From: Takakia lepidozioides
Taxonomy: Eukaryota > Plantae > Bryophyta
Direction: 5' to 3'
Length of the DNA stretch: 64,000 nucleotides
NCBI GenBank assembly: GCA_030704615.1
Contig: CM060734.1
Location: forward strand, 25,172,001 to 25,236,000
Shown: piece after piece, positions 25,201 through 36,940 of the stretch
How the letters are laid out: every line of letters starts with the position of its first letter
Position numbering within the stretch: position 1 is the stretch's first letter
Made by a program: the position numbers and the translations under genes
The notes under the pieces: model-generated
Told to the model about the DNA's origin: nothing
Databases searched by the model: none
The model's input: the letters and a program-made list of their open reading frames with translations, nothing else

Positions 25201-25887
25201 TGGAAACTCGAAGATGACATTGCCATCGACTTCGGGAGGCAGAAAAGTTACCTTTCTGACTGGGAATTTGGCATAGTCGAGAGCAGCCAGCTCGGAGCGA
25301 GAACCATCGAGGTGATGTTGTCGTAGGAGCTGCACAATGGACCGGGTTGGAGTTATGCTCGAGGGCACATTCGTAGCACCGACAGAGACGTCCATGCCGG
25401 ATTTGAACGACCGTGTGGAGGACATGGGTACCTCAATGCAATCATCTTCCTCGTCGGAAATGTCGAATACGTCCACACGAGAAGCTATGGAGGGTCTTGA
25501 CGATCCAGGTCGGGAATGATTATCGTTGCATACCTCTCTGTTGGCAGAGGCCGCCTCTCGGTTTCCGGACTCCTCTGTGGATGGTGTGGGCAGCGACTGA
25601 TTCGGAAAGGGAATGGGCATTCCCACAGCTCGGTACAGGATGGTGTCTGACGGGGGAACGTGCCATTTGATTCCGCAACCTCCGTCGTTACCTAGCACGA
25701 CAATGGTCTCGTCAACCTGTCCAGGAACATCCTTCTTTTCTTCTTCCAAATAAACTGTGCCCGGTTTGAGCTTGAATTTGGAACAAAGGTAAGTTTCAGT
25801 CACTCTGCAAAGTCCTCCCTCGTTTGGGATCCAGGCTCTCCCAAGTTGCGGAGGACAGCAAACTATAGCGTAGGAATTCGGAGCCAT
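22280..25887 (-). pseudogene. Mutator-family transposase, ~1170 aa reconstructed: GCM-like Zn DNA-binding domain, DDE core, SWIM finger; one intron (23711-23793) and two nonsense codons
   Basis: WCVTKT..CAGKLRC..C..CAHC..C..GVHCHP (GCM-like); MFD, FMAD, CGFHW, TNMAESVH (MULE D, D, CxxH, E); CNC..CKH (SWIM). The phase-0 intron GAG|gtaggc..ttctag|GAG restores the frame. In-frame TAG at 24033-24031 and TAA at 23146-23144. Confidence 0.88.
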
Positions 25888-26312
25888 CGAACACCGCACG
25901 GAGTTGGCAAGTTCGAGGTTCAGTATAGCGACAGACCAAGGCTCACAGGCACCATCTAAGTGGATCTGCGGAGTCCATCGACGATTGGAAGTCGCACATT
26001 GAAGTAAAAAGTATTGTTTCAAGCTACATGCATGAAGGTGGGAGGTTTGATTCCATAGCCAGTAAGTATGACAATGATGGCCGATTCGGCGACGAAATAA
26101 TATCTCCTGACAGTTTCTCCTGAGGGTGGATCCAGCAGTATTCTCGGTGCAGATAGGAACGTTCTCACTGACAAGTGCCAGGACTGTTGGTTAAAACGGT
26201 CAGACAACCAAGTTGTGCTCATCAAGACTCGCCGCAATGTTGTTTCGGAACAATGCAACCCATTCAGGTTCCAGATTTCCCGTCCCGAGTGATTCTTTCG
26301 ATTGCTGGTGGA

Positions 26313-28075
26313 CGGAAATACGGCGCCGCATTTCCGTTTTGCTTCTTGGTCATGCACCAGAGCGACGGAAATGCGGCACCGAGTTTCCGTCCGGAGGAAA
26401 CCTTTATACTCTCCAGAACGGAAATGCGGTAACGCATTTCCATCCAGCAAGCACGGTATGTGAAGGTGGAACGGAAATGCGGTACCGCATTTCCGTTCTG
26501 ATTGAGAATTATGAACAACGAGAACAGAAATGCGGCACCGCATTTCCGTCCGAGTCGCACTTTTCCGACATTCCAGAACGGAAATGCGGCGCCGCATTTC
26601 CATTTTGTATCTGATGCATGGAGCTGAGGGATACAAATGCTGCAGCACATTTCCGTCCTTAAAAGACATTCATACTCTCCATAACGGAAATGCGGTACCG
26701 CATTTCCATCCACCAAGCACGGTATGTGAAGGTGGAACGGAAATGCGGTACCGCATTTCCGTTCTGATTGAGAATTATGAACAACGGGAACAGAAATGCG
26801 GCACCGCATTTCTGTCCGAGTCGCACTTTCCGACATTCCAGAACGGAAATGTGGCGCCGCATTTCCATTTTGTATCTGATGCATGGAGCCGAGTGCGACA
26901 GCGCAATTCCGACCGCTTGAGACATTCATACTATCCAGAACGGAAATGCGATACCGCATTTCCGTTCTGACTGAAAATCGTGAACCATCTGAACTGAAAT
27001 GCGGCAGCGTATTTCCATCCGAGTCGCACATCCCAACATTCCAGAACGGAAATGCGGTACCGCATTTCCGTTCTGACTGAAAATCGTGAACCATCGGAAC
27101 TGAAATGCGGCAGCGCATTTCCATCCGAGTCGCACCTCCCAACATTCCAGAACGGAAATGCAGCACCGCATTTCCGTTCTGATGAAATATCCTGAAACAT
27201 CGGAACTGAAATGCGGTACCGCATTTCCGTCGGAGTCGCACCTTCCGACATTCCAAAACGGAAATGCGGCGCCGCATTTCCGTTTTGTATGTGAGGCATG
27301 GAGCTGTGGAACGAAAATGCGGCACAACATTTCCGCCAGCGTCAGACGTTAATACTCTACAGAACGGAAATGCGGTACCGCATTTCCGTTCTGACTGAAA
27401 ATCGTGCGCAACGGGAACAGAAATCCGGCACCGCATTTCCGTCCGAGTCGCACCTTCCGACATTCTAGAACGGAAATGCGGCGCCGCATTTCCGTCCGAG
27501 TCGCACCTTCCGACATTCTAGAACGGAAATGCGGCGCCGCATTTCCGTTTTCTATATGGGGCCTGGAGATGTGCTACGGAAATGTGTTGCCGCATTTCCA
27601 TCCATGTGAGACCTTCAAACTTTCGAGACCGGAAATGCGGCACCGCATTTCTGTCCAGGTGAGACCTCTATACTTTCCCGAACGGAAATGTGGCACGGCA
27701 TTTCCATTCATCAACTAACGTATGTGAAGGGGGAACGAAAATGCGGTACCGCATTTCCGTTCACATTGAAAATCATGAACCACGGGAACTGAAATGTTGT
27801 GCCTCATTCCCGTCCGAATCGCACCTTTCGACATTCCAGAACGGAAATGCGGCGCCGCATTTCCCTTTTGAATCTAATACATGGAGCTGTGGGACGGAAA
27901 TGCGGCACCGTATTTCCGTTCAACAACTAAGGTATGTGAAGGTGGAACGGAAATGCGGTGCCGCATTTTCTTCCAACAAGTACGGATGTGTAGCTTCGTG
28001 ATGGTACTTAACGGAAATGCGGCGCCGCATTCGCATTTTCGCTCCAACTCATCAGACGCTGGGACGGAAATGCCT
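26313..28075. repeat. Array B: ~33 copies of the 24-bp palindrome CGGAAATGCGG(CG/TA/CA)CCGCATTTCCG with 29-bp spacers, period 53 bp
   Basis: Starts at 26313, 26366, 26419, 26472, 26525, 26579 ... 26844, 26941, 26994 ... 27895, 27948, 28012 and 28065 (half). Confidence 0.98.
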
Positions 28076-28470
28076 TGAAATGTGAACACGTGGAGCAACG
28101 GAATTGCTATACATGTCGGCACTCTATCTGACTGAAGGGGCATGAGGCGGCGCGGCCTGACCGTTGGATAATGATGTTTGTTTTTCGGACGGCAGGCGTA
28201 CCCTGAACGATTCGAATTTCGTAATGACGCAAACTCCACGAGGAGACACTTTCGTCCAACCCTTTCGAACCCAAGTGGTGCATCACCGCCGTTTCATCTA
28301 CTTTTGTCGTGTCTCCTCAGTCACCCCTCTCGCGCCCTTTCCATCTGCACTCTTTGCCCCTTTTCCCTCTCTCTGTTCTTCTTATGCTCGAACCTGAGAG
28401 GGGGGGAGTTCGTGCACCAGACAGGAGACCTCGTCGCAAGCTCCGGAAATTATACTTCGGACGTAGGCCA

Positions 28471-29880
28471 ATGCCGAAGGGGAGGAAGCAGATGCATCTA
28501 CAGGAGGAGATTGCCATCTCCGAGCAGCAGGCCACTCAGGCAACCCAGCCACCAGTGAGAGCTCCATGCGATCGGGCTGCGCGCAGCTGATCGAGCACCG
28601 AACCCCCCATTTTGCTTCTGTAATTCTTAGACTGAATGCTAGGAGACTTGAATGCAGAACATGTTTGCATGCCTAACAGGAAAGGTGGACGTGCTGGAGG
28701 GATCGCAGGAATCCGAAGAGCCACAGGAAGAGTCCAAGGAGCTAGCTGCAGCACGTACACCCACCCGATCCCCGAGCGCGGGTATTCCTGCCGGGCCTAG
28801 CCCTGTGCGATTCAAAGACGCGTCTTCGAAGGGCAAGTTCAAAGCCCCAGAGATCGACTCGCGTTCTTCGGTCATGGAGAATCGCCAGCAAGGGTCGGGC
28901 CCTTCTCCAGCAAAGTCGAAGAAGAAGCAGCCCGTCCCTCTACTGGCTTATGAACCGGCTCAGGCCGATTCACCCCCCCAACGCGAATGAAGCAGCAGGG
29001 TAAAAGACAGATTCAATTGCAGCAGACACCTTCACCTGCAAGGATGAGGAAGCAGAAGGCAATCAGGGCGACGGACGAACAATCTCCCGCAAAACCGCTT
29101 CCACGAGCTGAAGCTCAGTTCCTGGAGGATTTCCCGCCTGCAGATGTTGGGGCCGACTCTGCTGCAGCGAAGGCAATGGGATCGACCGTTGATCTCGATT
29201 TGGTACCGGAGGAGGTGCTGCCGCTCAACGTTCGCAGCAAGACCTCACCACCGATGAGCAAGCAGGCCCGGAGGAGGCCTCTGCAATGGCAGAATTGCCC
29301 GCAGACAGGCCCCAGAGTGCAGCTCCAGTTGAGGATGCTCCAGCTGCTCATCCACTACCGGCACCTACAGACATGTCTCCGGAGGATTTCAAAAGTGCAG
29401 CGGATAAAATGTTGGAGGAGACACACAGTAGCATTGGCAGAGTTCTGGGCAGCAGGGTATTCCAGCGGACTCTTCGAATCCCACTCTGTCGCATGGTCTC
29501 CCTTCCCATCGTCAGGAAGGCCCTTCCCGGAGATGTGGATAAGCTCAAGTTCGCATTTCGAGAAGGGCACCGTCTGGGATCGGCAGCGTTTTACGTTTCC
29601 ATTGAGAATGAGGACGGCGAAACTCGTGGACCCACTGCCGATGAATTGTCAACGTGGGATACCCACTGGCACACTCGCAACGACGAATTCGAGGTGACGC
29701 TGAAGGGTGATCCAGACTTCGGCCATATGTCGGGTAAAATGTTCTTTGTGTGGGACGGGAATCACCGACTTCTCGCCTGGTGGGAGTACATCAAGCAGAA
29801 CCATGCCAAGCACATTGGCTGGCATTACATGGTGGAGTGTGTCATCCTGAAGGTGAAGGCGGCAGACTCCTCCCTGCTCA
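28471..29880 (+). pseudogene. ParB/sulfiredoxin-like domain protein with a low-complexity N-terminus; frameshifted and 3'-truncated
   Basis: RIPLCRM..VR..DVDKL..FREG..FYVS..FFVWDGNHRLLAW..VECVIL follows the ParB_N/Srx pattern. Frameshifts at ~28975 and ~29215. Start codon and first intron are uncertain. Confidence 0.72.
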
Positions 29881-29902
29881 AGAAATTCATTTTATTTTAA
29901 TG

Positions 29903-30282
29903 CAGCGACCGGCATCACTGGCGGTCGCATTTGTTATTTATTCCTGATTTTGGGTTTTTTAAATGGAGCGACCGCCAAGGTGGCGGTCGCTTCTACGAGG
30001 TGTGCCATGCGCATGGAGCGAGGAATGAGGCGGGGGGGGGGGGGCAACATATAAGCTTCGAGTCATTCTCCCCTCACTTCCATTATTGGCGGTCGCTTGA
30101 AGTTTTGTTTTTTGGAAAATGCAGCCACCGCCATAACTTGCGGTCGCTGAAATTGTTATTTTTTAAAATGCAGCGACCGCCTGGCGGTCGCTTTTATTTT
30201 ATTTTTTTGCGAAATGGAGCGACCGCCATTAGTGGCACGCAGGGCAGACCTCGTAGAAGCGACCGGCACCTTGGCGGTCGCT
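29903..30282. repeat. Array A': ~7 more GCGACCGCC-Nx-GGCGGTCGC hairpins, same family as 2398-3152
   Basis: Units near 29905, 29968, 30088 (half), 30124, 30173, 30219 and 30259. Confidence 0.92.
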
Positions 30283-30350
30283 CCATTAAAAAAACAAAAA
30301 TAATACCAAAATGTGGAATTGTCCTCATAGGAAAAAGAGATCACTGCAAC

Positions 30351-33300
30351 GCTTACTTACTAGTTTTTGGTTACCAACGGGCTTGCACCGTTCTCGGGGT
30401 TACTACTCCCTATATATACTTCTGTGACTGTCCGCGGGGGTTTCACAAACAACCCAGTCATTTTATGACGAACCACCACGAAAACCCTCAATTCCCGGTG
30501 ATGAGTCGCGGTGAGTCTTGGCCCACCCACCACGGCCCCATTGGACCGTGATGAGTCCCAAGACTCCCCATGACTCCCACCACAAGGTCTCCGCCCCATG
30601 GTGAGTCCTATGCCACCCCCACTAAGACCCACTAAGCTACCACCACTCCTAGTGGACCCACCCCCACCGCAACCCGGTGTGCGGGGCTCCACCTAATGAG
30701 TGCCTCCGCCTCCTTGAGTGCCGAGGATCGAATCGCCTTACGGCAACAACATTGCTTGCGATCGCTCATGATGCCGCTTTTGGCATTACCTTGAGCAAGG
30801 GTTCACCTTGAACCCTTTTTGACTAGGAAGATAACCTTGAACCAACCGCCCGCCCCAATCACTACAATTGGGTCCGCCTTGGAATGTTGGCCTGAGGTAC
30901 GGGAACACGCTGAAGCCGCACTATGACTTCGTCCCAAGGTTACACGATTATAGTACGTGAACGGAAGCACGTAGCTTCCGCGTTAATCCGCACTACAAGA
31001 CAACCCCCTCGGTAGCGCAATTATAGTACGCGCACACGCCAGATGCGCACTAGCACGTGAACTCCCAAAGAAGGCACAAGTTTCCTTGCCCCTTGGATAG
31101 GAGTCACCCGATGTCGGCACTACGCAAACACACGATTAATCCAATTTACCTCTCCTACTTTTGTAAGCTAGCATGCATTCTACACACTAGCCAACCATAC
31201 CATGCATCACCATTCCAAACAAACTAGGAAGCACAACATTTGGAAACCATTTTATTTATAACAAAATTTATACAACTCAAGTTTTTGCAATCGGATTCCT
31301 GAGCTAGCTAAGCCGGGCTGAGCATGCATTTCCTCCCCCACGATCCAAGGTTGATGTCCCCATCATCAACGTTTCTTCCGCTTTTGAGGTCGCCCTTTGA
31401 AAGCTGCAACCGCCTCAGATGCGTTTCCCATTTCTGAGGCACGCACCCAAGTTGCCTCCACTTGATGATAACTCTTCCATTTCACGAGATACTCCGTTTC
31501 TTGATTCTTGAACCTCCTCGACTTAAGCACTGCCTCCACCTCGTACTCAGGTTCATTTTCATGATCCAACAGCACAGGTGGCGGACGCAACACTTGATGC
31601 CGATTCGGACGTGCTTCATCTTTGAAGTAAGGCTTCAAAAAAGAGACGTGGAATACCGGATGCACCTTGCTGTTTGCCGGTAGCTCTAATTCATACACAT
31701 CCTCATTCATAACCTTCCGGATGCGGAAGGGCCCCGCATACGGAGGTACGAACTTCGGACTCACTTCCGGAGGTAGTCGAAAATTCTTGATGTTCAACCA
31801 GACCTCCGTGCCTGCCTCAAACTTAACTTCTCTCCGCTTCCGATTCGCCTGCCGTTCATACCGTTTCCTAACTTTGACAATGTTGTATTTTGTGAGCTTC
31901 AACAAATGCTCGCGTTCTTCCAGCACCGCTGCTGCTGCCGGTTCCTCAACGTCCTGGGCGGCCCAACTTGTCGGCACCAGAGGTGCTTTTCCATAGACCA
32001 ATACAAAAGGGGAAACTCCCGTTGCGGAGTGTTTTGTGTTATTATAACAGAACTCTGCCGCATCCAAGTGCTCCACCCAGTCTGATTGGTCTGCCGACAC
32101 CTAATTCCGCAAAATCTGCTTCACCACGGAATTCACTCTTTCTGTTTGGCCGTTCGTCATAGGTCGGAAGGCCGTACTCATCTTGAGTCTCGTCCCCATC
32201 TTCTTCCAAAGTGCCCTCCAAAATTTACTTGTAAACTTTGGATCGCGGTCCGAGACAATATCCTTCGGGAGTCCATGATGCTTGAAGACGTGGGTGAAGT
32301 AAAGTCGTCCCGTCTCCTACGCCGTTGCTGTCTCCTTGGTAGGGATGAAATGGCCCATTTTACTGAACCTATCCACCACCACCATGATTGCATCGAATCC
32401 TTTTGACAGCGGCATAGCAGTCATGAAATCCATCGAGACACTTTCCCAAGACCCATCTGGAATCGACAGGGGTTGTAATAGCCCCGCTTGCTTTTTGTAC
32501 TCGCTCCGGTTTTGTTGGCATGTGGTGCATGTCTTGACATACTCCTTGGCCTCCTCCCTCAGTTTGGGCCATAAATACTTTTTTTCAAGAGTGCCGCGGT
32601 GCGCTTGGCTCCGCTGTGGCCCGCAAGAGGGCCGTCGTGGCATTCTCTCAAGAGACTATCTCTAATCCTTCCCTTCGCCACATAGAGGCGCCTTTGCTTG
32701 TACCGGAGCAGTCCATTGTGCAAGTGGAGTTGTGATTTAACTCCCATCCTCAAGTCCCGCATCACGGACTTCGCTATCTCATCCTTCCGGTAAGCCTTCC
32801 GGATCTTCTTTTGGAGCGCCGTCTCGCCCCTGTATACCAACATGAGCTGCTGCTTTCTACTTAAAGCATCGGCCACCACATTATCCCGTCCTGGTTTGTA
32901 CTGGATATCCACATCGAACACTGCCAAAGTGTCTTGCCACCTAAGTTGTTTTGGGGACAACTTACACTGCGTGGCAAAATACTTCACTGTGACATTGTCC
33001 GTGAACACCTTCACCGGGTTGGAACCAACATAGTGGCGCCAAAGCTCAAGGCAATGCACCATTGCCTTCATTTCTTTCTCGTGCGTAGGCCACCGTCGCT
33101 CCACTTCATTCAGTTTCTTACTTTCGTATGCCACTGGATGTCCATCCTGCATGAGCACACCCCCAATTGCGAAATCCGACGCATCTGTATGAATCTCAAA
33201 TGGACGGTCAAACTCCAGGATTTTCAGGACTGGAGCTTCCGCCATCCGCTGCTTCAACTCGGCAAAAGCTTGGCCACAAAAGGTGTTCCATACCCATTCT

Positions 33301-34910
33301 CCTCATCTCATTCTGCCACTCGGATTTGATGGTAGCCGGAGCGCAAACTGATCCGGTTGAAATACTTCGCTCCTGCCAACCGATCGAAGAGGTCGTCGAT
33401 CCTTGGCAAATGGTACCGGTTTTTGATAGTCACCTTATTCAAAGCCCTGTAATCGACACACATCCGTAGCGTCCCATTCTTTTTGTCTGCGAATAGAGCC
33501 GGGGCTCCGTATGATGACTTACTCGGCCGGATGTACCCCTTTGACATTAGATCCTTGAGCTGAGCCTTCAGCTCGACCAACTCTCTGTGGCTCAATCGGT
33601 AGGGCGCCGTGGCAGGCGGCTCCAATCCCGGTATCACCTCAATCTTGTGGTCAACTCCTCTTCGCGGTGGCAAGCCGCTTGGTAAATCCTCCGGCATCAC
33701 ATCCTAGTATTTCTCCAAGATCCCCTTGATCCAATCTGGGCTCGGCTCTTTATCGCCTTCTCCTTCCACTTGTCTTACGTAAAGGAAAAACTGGGGCTTG
33801 TGTGGCTCCTCCACGGCCCCCTCTTTTGCTAACAGCAGGTTTATTCGCCCTCCCACTTGGTTGGGCGTTTCCGACACCCGTAACACTTCGCCACCATTCC
33901 CACACGGTAGCGTGACTATTCTCTTGCGGCCATCTATGACCGCTCCGGATTTGCTCAAAAAGGTTATCCCCAAAATGAGATCCACTCCATCGATCTCGCA
34001 AATGGTGAAGTTCTCACGTCCCTCCCAACTCCCGAGCTGAAGAGGAACATCGAACGCCAACCTTGTCGCCAATTGTGGTCCTCCTTTGGCAAAATGCACT
34101 TCAATAGAGGCCCCCACGTCACTTGTTGGGAGCCCCAGCTTCTGTGCCGTTGCCGGTGTCATGAAGGAGTGCGACGCTCCTGTGTCCACTAACAACGACA
34201 CGTTAGTTCCGGAAATTATCCCACTCACGAACATTAACTGACTCCCTTTACGCAAAGGGCCAGTCTCCTGATACAACTCACAAGAGTAGTTGCCTACCTT
34301 GCAAGTCTTGGTGACCACCGCTTCCACCAAGCGGCTGATGGAATCTTCGGACAGCTCCGTGGTCGCCCGAGTCATATTCAATTGTCGGGGTTTCGCGCAC
34401 TTCTTAGCCATGTGCCTGGGCTCCCTGCAATTAAAGCACACTCCATCGAAGTTCGCCTTCTGTCCGCTATAAGCCGCCGCACTTGATTTTCCTTTCGGAG
34501 CACCGGGTGCCGCCTTGATTTGTGAAGGCCCTCCCTTCGATTTCCATGTGCCATTGTCGCCGCGTGGCCTATCCCACTTCTTTTCCGGTTGGAAGGAGTC
34601 ACCCTCCCGCCGGGTCTTCTTGTGGTTCAGCTCCGTATGGCCTTGTCTTTCGCCCTTAGGGACATCCGAGAAACATTCAACCCTTTCAATTGCCTCGTTC
34701 AAAGTCTTAGGTGGCTTTTCCTCCAACTTCCGTCTGGCCCATGGGGCCAGTCCCGCCACAAAGTTGAAAACCATTTCTGGTTCTGCCATATCCACGACTT
34801 CGAGCAACAGCACATTGAAAGTCTGAACATATCCCCGAATGTCATCCTTTTGCTTCAAGTTCCTCATCTTGTCCCGGGCGAGCCAGGACGCGTTGAGGGA
34901 CACAAACTGT
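30351..34910 (-). mobile_element. 3' part of an older chromovirus copy: partial gag, PR, partial RT, RH, IN, chromodomain, partial 3' LTR (30351-30722); internal deletions at ~30722 (~380 bp) and ~33295 (~470 bp, removes YIDD)
   Basis: Colinear with 13545-18951 of the intact copy apart from the deletions; several stops and frameshifts. Confidence 0.95.
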
Positions 34911-36383
34911 TTAAGCGCATCTATTCAATATTTGGATCAGCAGCACCTCACAGTATATATCCAGATGCACAACCATTTCTAAGATGGATACGGAGCCAGG
35001 GCATCTCGGTTGGGGTTGTCAGCAATGCCTCCTACAGATACCGGGATGTCATTCTTCCCGCCTTTGGCCTCAACCAGGTCTTTACTTCTCTCCCATCAGC
35101 TTCTGTCTCTGGTCTGTCTCTCCCTGTTTTTTGGTTGGCGTGTTCTGCATCTTTTTCCATAGGCTTTGTTGGTGTGGGAAGACTAGGTAAAGCATCATTC
35201 CGCCACCATCCATTTTTGTCTCTAACCTTTGCTGTGTCTGCTCCTTGCAGACCCTTTGAACATCGTGTTAGGAATATCTAAAGACTATACTCTTTCTGCT
35301 CCTTGCAGACCCTTTGAGCATAGTCTTAGGAATGTCTGAGACTCTACTCTTGCCGAAGCCCCAGAGCCGAAGGCACATGAAATTTATAACCAGCAAGCCT
35401 TGCACATGGGATCTGTTGTAAAATGAAGGGTGTACGGCATGGGTCTCTGACAATGCTGGAATGAACTATTTACCCTGGCAGAATTTTGTTTGGCTTCAGA
35501 AGTGCTAGAAGTATCCTGCGGGGACCAGTCCCTCACGCATGCATCATTTCCAACCTTAAGAGTGAATTGTCGACGAGTACATGATCTGTGGAGGGAAAAC
35601 ATTCTAAATCATATGCTGAGATTTGCAACCAAAATTATCAGGGATACAGTTCTAGCATTGACATCATACAAGAAAGAACAATCTTGAGCATTCTTATGAC
35701 AAATTTGAACTTATAAACCTGGCTATCTCTACATTTCACATCAGAACGGTTAAGGCCGGTAAGCAAACCAGGAAAAAAAGAAAAAGAGAGAGGTGTAATT
35801 GCTGTTTTGGGGGGTCATGTGGAGTGTAACTAGGGTATTAAGTGTGGTGTGCCTCTGGAGGGATCTTGAAGAAAAATATCTAAAATCCCATTCATTACTA
35901 CCCACAGTGGCAGAGTTTGCTAGACTTTGACAGCGATTTAGTCTATACAATACAAATAGGTGTTCACTTGTAGACCTGTGGAACATGCAAGGATCGGAGT
36001 GGGATTTTGGAGTATTCTCAGGCATAGAGGGAGTGGAGAAGCCGGACCCAGCTATCTTCTAGATAGCTTTGAAAAAATTGGGTGGTATTTCCCCAGAGCA
36101 ATCACTCCACATTGGGGATAGCCACCGCAAGGATTACCTCCCCGCCAAGAGCCTGGGCATGCATGCTTTGCTGCTGGATCGTTTCAACACTCCAGAAGCT
36201 CGGATGGTAAAAGAGACTGGTGTACCAGTGCTGGCTGACCTGGCGGAGGCCCGGGCCTTCATTACCTCCCTGCAGGTGGTGTGCCAAGCCGAAGCTGCCA
36301 TCTCCTATAAAAAACTGCAGGTGGTGTGCAGCCATATGTCCAGTCGTGCAATTTTAATGGGTCTCAGCTTCGGAGCAGCGTAG
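34904..36383 (+). pseudogene. HAD-superfamily hydrolase (HDHD3-like) pseudogene; N-terminus lost
   Basis: Exon 34904-35077 KLFKRIYSIFGSAAP..VGVVSNA..GLNQ|gt. Exon from 35991 GSEWDFGVFSGIEGVEKPDP..HIGDSHRKD. The in-phase acceptor reads caa instead of cag; in-frame TAG at 36060. Confidence 0.88.
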
Positions 36384-36867
36384 GTGCCGAAGAGATCACA
36401 TTCAAATCCTTTCACTCGTGTGAAATACATATGTAGTCGCTTTTCTTCTGACAGCGATGAAAGCTGATACTCGAAATGCTTTATGCTTGCCTGCAGCATA
36501 AAATGCTATACAGTAGTGAAATCAGGCACACTGTCACAAGCAGGGTTGCACACGAGGGTAGGCCAAGATCAGACTCCATTGCACGCAGTGCAGTATCTAT
36601 GCAGTCAATGTCGAGCTGTGGGTTCAACGCGAGGCCTCTGAATTTTGTGTGACATCGTCGTAATGAGGCCACAGCGAGTAGGCAGGAAATTGCAACCCTG
36701 ACTACACAACTATCATAACGTAATTGATGATGATGGATGAATTATGTGGATGATTTGCCATAAGTGGTGCACCTGGTCAAGCCCTCCCTTTTTAATGATG
36801 CTCTGGCGATGTGTATGCAGTACAGTTTTGTATATATGTGTATTCAATCAAAATGCAACGGTAAATG

Positions 36868-36940
36868 GACTGCATGGCCCAATGGATAAGGCGCAAGTTT
36901 GCAAAACCAGACTTCCTGGGATCGATCCCCAGTATGGACG
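36868..36940 (+). pseudogene. Degenerate tRNA-Arg(ACG)-like sequence (tRNA pseudogene or SINE head)
   Basis: GACTGCATGGCCCAATGGATAAGGCGC...AAACCAGA..CTGGGATCGATCCCCAGT resembles plant tRNA-Arg(ACG) as recalled. Anticodon stem, B box and acceptor stem are mutated. Confidence 0.7.

Larger units (their letters stand above)
21900..29880. mobile_element. Decayed Mutator-like element with transposase, internal palindrome array and ParB-like accessory gene; left end approximate, right end deleted
   Basis: MULE-type DDE plus SWIM ORF. The array palindrome recurs beyond the transposase 3' end (22007-22028; degenerate at ~21911). No paired TIR or TSD found. Confidence 0.7.

Noticed and set aside
26313-28075. 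CRISPR array
   Set aside because: Repeat and spacer sizes look CRISPR-like, but spacers recur as five families, no cas genes are present and the context is plant nuclear DNA.
26019-28078. Long ORFs over array B (e.g. 26264..27463, 399 aa)
   Set aside because: By-product of a stop-poor palindrome; the same peptides appear on both strands and in all frames.
34589-35281. Functional gag-antisense/HAD chimeric gene
   Set aside because: HAD motif I is missing, and the downstream exon has a broken acceptor and a stop codon.
36868-36940. Functional tRNA with GCA anticodon
   Set aside because: Anticodon and acceptor stems do not pair and the T-loop GTTC is mutated.
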